Origin: a virus
Taxonomy: Duplodnaviria; Caudoviricetes
Length of the DNA stretch: 64,000 nt
Strand: one strand, 5' to 3'
IMG/VR virus record: IMGVR_UViG_3300044719_000253
Span: 64,001 to 128,000 of that record
The notes beneath the pieces are model-generated. The model was not told the origin of the DNA, made no database searches, and saw only the letters and a program-made list of their open reading frames with translations. Below, piece by piece: positions 9,524 to 18,073 of this stretch; positions within the stretch are counted from its first letter, which is position 1; every line of letters begins with the position of its first letter. A program made the position numbers and the translations under genes.

Positions 9524-11068
9524 TTATACCGCGAAAGTCTCCGCGAACACGGTCTGGACTGTGTACATCATTCCAGTCGGTCCAGGCGTCAAAACATTTT
9601 TCGTCGGGCGTAAGTTATTGATCGCGATCAAGAGGCTGGTCTTTGAGACGAAATTGTCGTCAATCAAGACGGGCAGGAAACCGCGTTCTTTGAGGGAGGG
9701 GTCGATCGCTTGTAACATCAGAATCGCTGCACGCCCATGGTCTTGCATGCGTTGCAGTGCACCACCGCGCAAGCTTTGCCAATCGGTGAACAGACTGATC
9801 CGCAAATGGTGTTGCACCCGATAGTTCGTCGACAGCGCACCTATTACATTCAGATTGGCGTCCACCGTAAAGGGTGTTGGATTATTAGCGATCAAGAATT
9901 CATTCTTGTACAAGGCCAGGTGAATCGCCGTGGCGCCAGGAATCGTTAAGTAATCCCGCTCCGCGCGGATGTATTCGAGCACATCCGGATGAAATTGTCG
10001 GCTCTTCAAATCACCGAGATTTAAGAACTGGTGCGGGTTGGTGTCATCCAGCGTAAACAACACCGTCAGCAAGCGTCGGGTATTCGGGGTGACCATCCGC
10101 GGCCAGAACTCATCAAAAGCGGGGATCGAAAACCCGAAGTCTTGGATTTGTTGGTCGCTCCACTGGCCGGTTTCAAACGAGTTAAAAATGCGCGCCGTCA
10201 AGGCGTAGCTTTTTTCGACATCACTCGGATCCGTCAGCGGGGTATCGCGATACTTAGCATCCAGCAGTTGGTTATGTACTACGATTGGATAGATCATCTC
10301 GATCCGAGTCGGACGGGCATAACGGAACTTGTAATTAAACGACGCAGTCCAGGTCGGACCATCACTATCCTTTTGCGGTTCTTCCGGCAACTCCCAATCG
10401 AACCAACCTTGTATGCGGGTCTGGGTCTCGGGCACTGCCCACAACCGCGCCGTCCCATTCAGATTGGTAAGCAACGTCATCTTGGGGGTACGATTGTTAG
10501 CGAAATACGTATCGAAGTCTTCCCCGAATCCCGCCACGTTTTCGCGCAGTCGGTGCAGTTCCTTCAAGATGTACAAACACTCATCCGGAATCCCGAACGA
10601 ATATGTAACGTTATGCAGATACAGTTCGCGTTTCTGGCTCATACGCGCTTTGACGAAATCGCGCCATTGCATCGCCAGGGTTTTGTTGTTGGCCCGGAAC
10701 TTGATACTGACCGTCGCTTCCATCTGGGCATAGATCGGTTTCATCACGATCGACAGTGGCGCGTCTTGAAACACCAGCAAGTTCTCAGGACGTTCCACCG
10801 CGTCTTGGTGCCCCAATTCATTGAAATAGCTTTCAGCCACTTCAATCGAGATTTTGTCATTGTGGGCAAAGGTGTTCGGATCGTCTTTTTCATCCGCGGT
10901 ACCGATGGCCGAATTGAGTTGTTTCGAGCGTTCCAAATCGCCGAAGTAGACGATGTTGGTTTTCTTAGAAATCCCAGTAAGAGACATGAGTTGGCGCACT
11001 ACGTCCAGCATCACCGGACGGGTCACACTCTCCACAGTCTCCGGGATCGGGAGTGAAATCATGGGCAT
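9524..11068 (-). CDS. Virion structural protein (phiKZ gp98-like)
   Basis: Likely start MPMISLPIP at 11068; the upstream in-frame extension runs through a terminator and is unlikely to be coding; synteny. Confidence 0.6.
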   Translation of the reverse strand: MPMISLPIPETVESVTRPVMLDVVRQLMSLTGISKKTNIVYFGDLERSKQLNSAIGTADEKDDPNTFAHNDKISIEVAESYFNELGHQDAVERPENLLVFQDAPLSIVMKPIYAQMEATVSIKFRANNKTLAMQWRDFVKARMSQKRELYLHNVTYSFGIPDECLYILKELHRLRENVAGFGEDFDTYFANNRTPKMTLLTNLNGTARLWAVPETQTRIQGWFDWELPEEPQKDSDGPTWTASFNYKFRYARPTRIEMIYPIVVHNQLLDAKYRDTPLTDPSDVEKSYALTARIFNSFETGQWSDQQIQDFGFSIPAFDEFWPRMVTPNTRRLLTVLFTLDDTNPHQFLNLGDLKSRQFHPDVLEYIRAERDYLTIPGATAIHLALYKNEFLIANNPTPFTVDANLNVIGALSTNYRVQHHLRISLFTDWQSLRGGALQRMQDHGRAAILMLQAIDPSLKERGFLPVLIDDNFVSKTSLLIAINNLRPTKNVLTPGPTGMMYTVQTVFAETFAV

Positions 11069-11119
11069 GATAGGGTTCCTAATGGAAACGGTTTTAGCTT
11101 CATAACATCCATCCCGTCT

Positions 11120-11160
11120 GAAAGGGCATAAATAGACCACCTGCCCATGAGGGCAGGCAG
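11120..11160 (-). terminator. Hairpin/terminator after head-protein gene
   Basis: Stem CCTGCCC-ATGA-GGGCAGG (11140-11157), followed on the minus strand by TATGCCCTTT. Confidence 0.6.
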
Positions 11161-11178
11161 TCCATTCGTAGGCCAGGG

Positions 11179-12627
11179 TTAGGCCGCGATGCCACCTGCG
11201 GCCGGGGCAGTTGCCGGAACCGGTTTGTACTGGTCCAGCGACTTGTCGACCAGCACCAGCGAGGTGCGGCAGGTTTGGTAGATCTTCTTGGTGACCGGCA
11301 TGGTCAGCTCCGTCATCCAACGCGTGAGCGTGGTGTTGAAGTTGGCCATGGCTTTCATGACGTCCAGCGCGAACGCGCGTTCCATCTTGCCCGCGTCGTC
11401 ATTGCCAGCCAGTTTGGCGACTTCGGCCGAAGCATGGTTGCCGCCGTCGATCAGGTCTTGACGCACCTTCTCGATGGCTTTGCCGTCGGCCGAGGATTCG
11501 AACGCGACGACTTGCTTGACCAGGGCTTCCACCGAGTTCAGCGTCTGTTCCATTTCCGCGAAGGTCATGGTCTGGAAGCCATTCTTGGTGTTGACCAGCG
11601 AGGCCGAGCCTTGACGCGGGCGCAGCTTCATGCCGCTGTTCCGCAGGGCGGCGACGACCTGCGCGTGGCTCAGGTCACGCGTCTTGTTCTTGTCCAGACG
11701 CACCGGGTCGACATCGAAGCAACCCAGGTAGCCGGTTTGCGGATTGCCCGGGAAGCTGCCGAAGTTGTTCTTCTGCACGTTGAGGGCAACGTTCTTCAGG
11801 TGTTCGCCGGCGTTCTTCGGATCGAACTTCTTCAGTTCGGTCGCGACGTATTCACCCATGGCCTTGCAGTCCTTCAGATACGGACCGAATGCGTAGCGGC
11901 CGAGGCTGCCCAGTTCGCCCAGACCCTTGGTCAGTTCCTTGGCGTTGTGCACCATGTATTCCGGGTAGGAAATCGAGTTGGTGCCGACCATGACCGTGAC
12001 GGTGTCGGACTTGGCTGCCAGCTCGCCGGCTTCTTTCTTGCGCGCAGCGACTTTCTCGCGCAGGTCTTTGACGTTGCTCAGCAGACGCGGCGCGGCATGG
12101 AAGATGCGGGAGAAGAATTCCTTGATGGTCTTCCAGATTTCCAGGCAGAACGCGCGGATGCGTTGCCAGATTTCGGCAGCACGCTTGCGGATGTCTTCGA
12201 CGAACGATTCCAGCGAGACCTTGCCCTCGACCACGTCGGCGGCGGTCGGGATCACGTCATCGGGATCACCATCGGAACCAGCCACGGCCATTTCCGACAC
12301 GGTGTCGGTCAGCATGGCTTGCTGCGGGGTGATCTCGTTGGTGGTTTCGAGCGTGTCTGCCACGTTCAGCATGACATCGGTGACGTCTTCCACGCGGGTG
12401 GTTTCGGCCACGTCGGCCACGGCTTGGGCTTGGGCTTCGTCCGCCGCTTGCAGGTCGACGACTTCTTCGTCCAGGGTCGGCACTTCACGACCTTCCAGGA
12501 CTTGTTCGATCGGCATTTCTTCGATCGACAGGGTGGGCTGTTGGCCCTGGGCATCGAGACCTTCGTTCGACGGCTTCACCGCCGGCACGACGGGCGTACC
12601 CGGATACTTTTGAAAACGACGCATCAC
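11179..12627 (-). CDS. Internal head (inner-body/ejection) protein, phiKZ gp93-family-like
   Basis: Acidic propeptide with S/A/G-x-E head-protease sites (SIEE, VSLESF), then an amphipathic IWQRIRAFCLEIWKTIKEFF helix. Confidence 0.75.
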   Translation of the reverse strand: MMRRFQKYPGTPVVPAVKPSNEGLDAQGQQPTLSIEEMPIEQVLEGREVPTLDEEVVDLQAADEAQAQAVADVAETTRVEDVTDVMLNVADTLETTNEITPQQAMLTDTVSEMAVAGSDGDPDDVIPTAADVVEGKVSLESFVEDIRKRAAEIWQRIRAFCLEIWKTIKEFFSRIFHAAPRLLSNVKDLREKVAARKKEAGELAAKSDTVTVMVGTNSISYPEYMVHNAKELTKGLGELGSLGRYAFGPYLKDCKAMGEYVATELKKFDPKNAGEHLKNVALNVQKNNFGSFPGNPQTGYLGCFDVDPVRLDKNKTRDLSHAQVVAALRNSGMKLRPRQGSASLVNTKNGFQTMTFAEMEQTLNSVEALVKQVVAFESSADGKAIEKVRQDLIDGGNHASAEVAKLAGNDDAGKMERAFALDVMKAMANFNTTLTRWMTELTMPVTKKIYQTCRTSLVLVDKSLDQYKPVPATAPAAGGIAA

Positions 12628-12660
12628 ATTACCTTTTCAGTGTGAGGGTTCGATAAGATC

Positions 12661-12712
12661 GAAAAAAAGAAGACCACCCCTTCACCCTTGGTTGCCCAAA
12701 GAGTGAAGGGGT
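12661..12712 (-). terminator. Intrinsic terminator
   Basis: Stem CACCCCTTCAC../..GTGAAGGGGTG followed by a T-run on the minus strand. Confidence 0.75.
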
Positions 12713-12725
12713 GTTACCTTACCGA

Positions 12726-14153
12726 TTAGGCAGCGGCCGGAGCAGCGGCGCCTTCCGGTTTCTTCTCTTCGGCCTTCTTGCCGTATTGCTTCAGCGACTG
12801 CTCGCCGTATTGCAGCACGTAGCCGCCGGCGTTCAGGGCGAACGCAGCCAGCGGCGGCACCGAGCTGATGACCGAGCCCATGGCGCCTTTGGCGATGGCG
12901 CGTTCGTCGGAACCGGCCAGCATGGCCTTGGCACCTTCTTTGACTTGGTTCATCTTGCCATCGGCGTTGGCGGCTTCAGCCTGCGCGCCTTCGCGTGCTT
13001 TCTTCTCGGCAGCGGCGATGACCTTCTTGGCGATGTTCTCGGCTTCTTTCTGTGCCGACTTGTACGACAGCAGGTGGTCAGCAGCGGCGACGATCGTCTT
13101 GGCGATGGCTTGCACTTCGGCGGTCGGCAGGACCTTCAGTTGGGTCTTGTCAGCGACCTTCTTCGAAGCGTCGAACATGCCCAGCTTGTAGCCGCACTTG
13201 CCCAGCGCACCCGGCTTGGCGTCGGTGCCGGCGACGATCGCGATGATAGCTTTGTTACCCGGCAGTTCAGCGCTCTTGGCCAGTTCCAGACCTTCGCCCG
13301 GATCAGCCAGACCGACCGAAGCGGCATCGGCCACCTTGGCGAAGTGCGAAGCCAGGCCACCGTTCAGGCCGGCTGCTTGGACCACGGCTTCGACGCTGCC
13401 GCCTTGCTCCAGCGCTTTCAGCACGGTTTCGGCGAACGCGACGTTGGCTTTCGACAGGGCCGGCAGTTCAGCAGCTTCACGAGCGACGGCGTCAGCGGCG
13501 CGCTTGGCATCGACCGTTCCGCCGATGGCGAGGTTGGTGGCCAGGGTCTGGTTTTCGAAGGTCTGGCTGGCGGCTTCGCCTTTGGTGTCAGCCGCAGCTT
13601 TGGCCAGGTTCTCGGCGCGAGCCTTCAGCTTGGTGGCGCCGTCGAACAGGCGGTTCCAGACGTTGACGATGGCTTGCACGGCCGAGCGGAACATCTCGAC
13701 GATCTTGCCCCACAGTTCTTTGGCCTTCTCGGCGATCGATTCGGCGGCGAGCTTGGTGGAGGCGACTTTGTCGGCGGTGCCGCCGAACGATTCCTTCGAC
13801 AGCGTGCCGTAGGATTCGTCGTAGCCCAGGCGACGGTTGATCGAGGCCAGGTGCATGTTCAGCACGCGGGCGCCGTTGCGGTCCAGGCCGCCGTTGGCAG
13901 CGATTTCTTCCAGGGCGACGGCGGTCTCTTCCAGTTCGTCCACGGCTTGGGCCGCGTCGTCGACGATGGCTTCATCTTGGGCGACTTCGACGATGTCGGA
14001 GTTGACTTCGACCAGTTCGGCTTCGACGCTGTCCGCACCGGCTTCGACCGGAGCAGCGACGACGACCGGCTCTTCGCCGGCGACGACTGCGTTGTCTTCC
14101 AGTTCTTCGACGGCCAGGCGGGTGGCGATACCGTAGGTGCGATTGATGCGCAT
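12726..14153 (-). CDS. Internal head protein, same paralogous family
   Basis: Acidic propeptide (LAVEELED, LSKESF, LAAESI), then AKELWGKIVEMF amphipathic helix; strong codon bias; GGAG RBS. Confidence 0.75.
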   Translation of the reverse strand: MRINRTYGIATRLAVEELEDNAVVAGEEPVVVAAPVEAGADSVEAELVEVNSDIVEVAQDEAIVDDAAQAVDELEETAVALEEIAANGGLDRNGARVLNMHLASINRRLGYDESYGTLSKESFGGTADKVASTKLAAESIAEKAKELWGKIVEMFRSAVQAIVNVWNRLFDGATKLKARAENLAKAAADTKGEAASQTFENQTLATNLAIGGTVDAKRAADAVAREAAELPALSKANVAFAETVLKALEQGGSVEAVVQAAGLNGGLASHFAKVADAASVGLADPGEGLELAKSAELPGNKAIIAIVAGTDAKPGALGKCGYKLGMFDASKKVADKTQLKVLPTAEVQAIAKTIVAAADHLLSYKSAQKEAENIAKKVIAAAEKKAREGAQAEAANADGKMNQVKEGAKAMLAGSDERAIAKGAMGSVISSVPPLAAFALNAGGYVLQYGEQSLKQYGKKAEEKKPEGAAAPAAA

Positions 14154-14275
14154 GGTGTTACTCCATTCGAATGGTATTAATAAAAATTGAAATATTCCGC
14201 GCGGAATAGGGCATGACGATTCTGCCTTGCCACTATACTATCACCTAGTGACGCCGCAGAATCTCATAAGGATGG

Positions 14276-14881
14276 TTACACTTCGCCAAACAGGACGTGC
14301 AAAGTGTGGGCCAGATCGAAGAACCCTTGCGGGTGGCTGCACCAACGCTGGATCACATCCACCAGTTGGACATTCTTCGCCCGTTTATCCCCGGTCATGA
14401 AGAACCAGTTGAACTGGCCTTGGTTGGGGGTGACGTTGTGAGTGATCTCCGACAGGCTCAAGAGCCCTGCCCAGTTATGTAGTGACATCTGACGACGGCC
14501 GGTCTCGATAAACTCCAGCGTGTCTTGCAGGAAGCGCATGTGGATGTCACCGGTGGACGGACCCGTGGCTTGCACATCGAGCCATTCGTAGAAATCCTTG
14601 GTGCCGAACGCGTGCAGCGCGACCCGCAGGACTTTCTCGCGGAACTCCATCGAATCCATGGCACCGTAGCTGTCGTTCAGCTTGGCCCACAGGGCTTCGA
14701 TGTTTTGGTTGATCTCTTTGGCCACGGTCGGGTTCTTGAACCAATCCGGATGGTATTGGTACGAACGCAACTGGGAGGCCACCGAGCGCTCCGTCGGCTT
14801 GATCTGTTCACCCAGGCTGGCGCCGAGGAAACCACGCGGATACACCCGGAAGCCTTTATAGGCCGGTGCGGTATCAGGCAT
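14276..14881 (-). CDS. Conserved protein (phiKZ gp91-like)
   Basis: Start reassigned to ATG 14881 (MPDTAPAYKG) just after the upstream stop, GAGGA RBS; synteny. Confidence 0.55.
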   Translation of the reverse strand: MPDTAPAYKGFRVYPRGFLGASLGEQIKPTERSVASQLRSYQYHPDWFKNPTVAKEINQNIEALWAKLNDSYGAMDSMEFREKVLRVALHAFGTKDFYEWLDVQATGPSTGDIHMRFLQDTLEFIETGRRQMSLHNWAGLLSLSEITHNVTPNQGQFNWFFMTGDKRAKNVQLVDVIQRWCSHPQGFFDLAHTLHVLFGEV

Positions 14882-15785
14882 ATTGTTCCTCGACTTTGCG
14901 GATGTGGGCCGACAGGTCATCGATACGCTTTTGCGTATATTCGATCTGCTTATCGAGCGCCGCGTCGGGCTTGCCGTGTTGCAGGCGTTCCAGACGCAGC
15001 TTACGCAGTTCCAGCGCATCTTTCTCCGCTTTGGCGCGCTCGTAGCGGTAGTGCTGGTAATCCGCGACCTTCATGCGGATGTGGTAGATCGGGTTCATGG
15101 CCAGCGGCACGAAGCCATGGCGGAACGGATCGAGTTTGGCCGCGCCCAGTGTGCTTTGTACCGCGCGATCGCCCGAAGCGGTGACGGTGATGTCCGGGAT
15201 CTCTTCCAGGTCAGCCTTGATCTTATCGGTCGGCTTGGACAGCGTGTCCATCACAGTGCAGAAGTCGATGAAGCGGTCATGCAGGAAACGCACTTCAGCC
15301 GGCACGATCGAGGCACTGATGCTGTTCACCAGATCGCCCTCTTCATCTTCCAGTTCCGCTGCTTCCACCACATATGCATAGTTCAGGTACTTGGTGGCGT
15401 AATCTGCCGCGAAACCGATCGATTCGATCATTTGCAGGATCGCCGTCTTGTAGTACGTGATGCCCACGCCTTCGATGTCGTCCGCGTAATCCTTTTCGAC
15501 CAGCGTCTCGCACAGGTCGAGGGTGGTCAGCATTTGCTTGAGGGCCTTTTCCACCACCACGATGGTGTTCGGGCCATTGGCACCGTGGACGTTGCGCTTG
15601 AAGGTTTCCCAGTCTTTTTGCAGGGACTCGTTGGTAAACTTGCGGCTGCCGAACACACGCAGCGCGTCTTGGTAAGCCGGCATCACCACCGTGGTCAAGA
15701 GCAGCTTGTTGATACGGATGTCTTCCAGCACCGTTTGCTTGGCGAAGTTGGGCAGGAGCGACTTGAAATAAGCCAGAATTTGCAT
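14874..15785 (-). CDS. Internal head protein (phiKZ gp90-like)
   Basis: 303 aa with a C-terminal coiled-coil; synteny. Confidence 0.6.
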   Translation of the reverse strand: MQILAYFKSLLPNFAKQTVLEDIRINKLLLTTVVMPAYQDALRVFGSRKFTNESLQKDWETFKRNVHGANGPNTIVVVEKALKQMLTTLDLCETLVEKDYADDIEGVGITYYKTAILQMIESIGFAADYATKYLNYAYVVEAAELEDEEGDLVNSISASIVPAEVRFLHDRFIDFCTVMDTLSKPTDKIKADLEEIPDITVTASGDRAVQSTLGAAKLDPFRHGFVPLAMNPIYHIRMKVADYQHYRYERAKAEKDALELRKLRLERLQHGKPDAALDKQIEYTQKRIDDLSAHIRKVEEQYA

Positions 15786-15804
15786 GGTAAGAATTCCTTA
15801 TGGG

Positions 15805-16941
15805 TTACAGCGACGGCGCATGGCCCGACATGAGTGCTTTCAGCACATCTTCCACCGACGCTCCATTGCCCTTGTTCGATGCTTTGAGATCCTTGATCCG
15901 GACCACCGTCGGCAGTGCGATATCGCGGTAGTAGAAAGTCACAGTGTTGTAGTCGACTTCATCGACCACGGCCATGATCATCAGCGAGGTATGCTTCATC
16001 ATGCGCTGGCGGATATCGAACTTGGAGAGCTTGCCTTCCAGTTGCAGTTCGAGTTGATCGGCGCTGTCTTTGGTGAGCACCACCATGTTCGACGACGAGG
16101 CAATGGTCGGCTGGCCAGTGATGACCGAGGTCAGGGTGTTGCTGAAATTGGTGCGGTCGATGTTCGACAGCGTGCCGGTTTTGTCTTTCAGCAGGTCTTT
16201 GCGGTGCTTGTCGATCAGGTCGTTGCAGAACACCAGATCTTTCCAGAAGCCAAGGCGACCCGCCTTCCAACCATGCCAGCGTTCCTTGAAGGAATTGTCT
16301 TCACTGCCCGTGGCTAAAATATGAATCAGATCCGGCGAGGGCAGCATGGAAGCGATCAGGCGGATGTTGATCTGAACCGGAATCGAGTGTTGACCGTCAC
16401 TGATCTGGATCTCGTAGGCTTTGCCGATCGAGAGGTTGGCCAGTTCGGTCATGGTCTTGCCCACGTCCTTGGCAACCGGCTTGACATCACCGCCAGATTG
16501 ACCGTAAGTCTTGTTGACTTTAACGGTATTGTTGGCTGCCGCGGCATCGCCCGATTCCACCGCCAGTTGCAGTGGCTTGTTGTTGGGGAACGGCAGACCG
16601 TGCTCATACGACTCGGTCGCGACCAGCCAGGTCGACAGGCCAGCGTTGACCGGACTGCGGTTGGGATTGAGGGCGTCGAGGCGTTCCAGCACGCGCACGT
16701 TGCCGATGGTATTCATCAGCGAGGCCGCTTGCAGGTAATACCCGGCAAAGATCGACAGCAGACTTTGTTGGACTTCGCCGATGCAATCGAGGTGCATGGC
16801 GGACTGCTCGATGAGTACCACGGGTTCGACCCGACCGACACTGGTGAAATCCACCAGCGAGTTGCTACCACCGCCGCGGCGCAGCAAATCACCTGCTCGG
16901 TTCAGAACGGTGAGCCCACCATTCATGATATCGCTATACAT
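15805..16941 (-). CDS. Internal head protein (phiKZ gp89-like)
   Basis: 378 aa with internal A-x-E sites (ATESY, AVESG); synteny. Confidence 0.6.
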   Translation of the reverse strand: MYSDIMNGGLTVLNRAGDLLRRGGGSNSLVDFTSVGRVEPVVLIEQSAMHLDCIGEVQQSLLSIFAGYYLQAASLMNTIGNVRVLERLDALNPNRSPVNAGLSTWLVATESYEHGLPFPNNKPLQLAVESGDAAAANNTVKVNKTYGQSGGDVKPVAKDVGKTMTELANLSIGKAYEIQISDGQHSIPVQINIRLIASMLPSPDLIHILATGSEDNSFKERWHGWKAGRLGFWKDLVFCNDLIDKHRKDLLKDKTGTLSNIDRTNFSNTLTSVITGQPTIASSSNMVVLTKDSADQLELQLEGKLSKFDIRQRMMKHTSLMIMAVVDEVDYNTVTFYYRDIALPTVVRIKDLKASNKGNGASVEDVLKALMSGHAPSL

Positions 16942-16972
16942 TGTTTTTCCTTTTAATACAAGGGGTTTCTAA

Positions 16973-18073
16973 ATGGCCGATGATAATTCGAACGCCTATC
17001 GGGACGTTTCCTACAGCGCCAGGACAGTTACATCTGCTGATGTCGACCAAGTCTTCCGCATCACCCCCGCGGGCCAACCGAATACCGCGATCGGGGATAA
17101 TTTTCGTGGCTTTAACCACAGACAAGCGCCGAGCCTCATACCAATTAATAAGGACCAGTATGGCTTGACGTTTTTCACCCGGCCCCGGATGAACTTATCG
17201 GACCAGAATTTGCGCATCATGCGGAAGCTCTCACCACTGCTTTCCCAACGCGATGATTCGCTGCAACGTATTATTCGATGCTGGCTTGATCCCGTGGGGA
17301 ACAAGGCCGGTGACTTCACCAGCCCGTATGTCGACCCCTGCATGCCCTTCATCCCCATGCTCAGTAACCTCCTGATCAGCTTACCGGGTTGGCCCGATGT
17401 GTCGATGCCGTATTCGACGTCGGCCTCGGGGATTCGCCAAGAACAGTTCTCGCTGTACGATGGCACCGAAGAAATCAATCGAATCGTGGATCTGACGGCG
17501 AACTTCCGTAACGTTGATGGGGACCCGATCACGCCACTCCTGGACACTTGGTTGACCTATGGGCGCGGGGTGTACTTCGGCGATCTGTTGCCGCACGGGG
17601 ATTCGATTTTGGAAAATGAAGTCGATTACGACACCCGCATCTACCGCCTGATCCTGGACAGCAAGAAGCAGCACGTACTACGGATTGCCGCTACGGGTTG
17701 GGGTGACCCAGTGTCGAACCCGAATGGTGCCGTTTTCAATTACGAAGCCGACACCGGCGGTGGCCAAGTCAACAACGGCTTGCAACAGATCAGTGTGCAT
17801 TTTGTCAATACCGGCATCATGTACAATGACCCGATCCTGTACTGGGAATTCAATCAGTGCAGTGAACAGTGGTTCAATCCTGCCATGGCCGATGGCACCC
17901 GGGAACAAGTGTATCAAAAGATTCCCATCGACGAGCTGCCGATCTTCAACTACCGCGGCTATCCCCGTATCAACCTCGAAACGTTTGAATTGGAATGGTG
18001 GGTCTCTAAACAAGAATACAACGCCCTCACTTCTGTCATTCAACGGTATAAAACCACCCAAGGCCAATTATGA
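16973..18073 (+). CDS. Virion structural protein (phiKZ gp88-like, tail/baseplate)
   Basis: 366 aa; YGLTFFTRPRMNLS motif; divergent from the head-protein operon; synteny. Confidence 0.6.
   Translation: MADDNSNAYRDVSYSARTVTSADVDQVFRITPAGQPNTAIGDNFRGFNHRQAPSLIPINKDQYGLTFFTRPRMNLSDQNLRIMRKLSPLLSQRDDSLQRIIRCWLDPVGNKAGDFTSPYVDPCMPFIPMLSNLLISLPGWPDVSMPYSTSASGIRQEQFSLYDGTEEINRIVDLTANFRNVDGDPITPLLDTWLTYGRGVYFGDLLPHGDSILENEVDYDTRIYRLILDSKKQHVLRIAATGWGDPVSNPNGAVFNYEADTGGGQVNNGLQQISVHFVNTGIMYNDPILYWEFNQCSEQWFNPAMADGTREQVYQKIPIDELPIFNYRGYPRINLETFELEWWVSKQEYNALTSVIQRYKTTQGQL

Noticed and set aside
11069-11320. N-terminal extensions offered by the ORF track for several genes (to 11320, 15019, 38835, 46221, 50238, 55276)
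   Set aside because: They run through terminators, promoters or neighbouring genes; better RBS-supported starts lie downstream.
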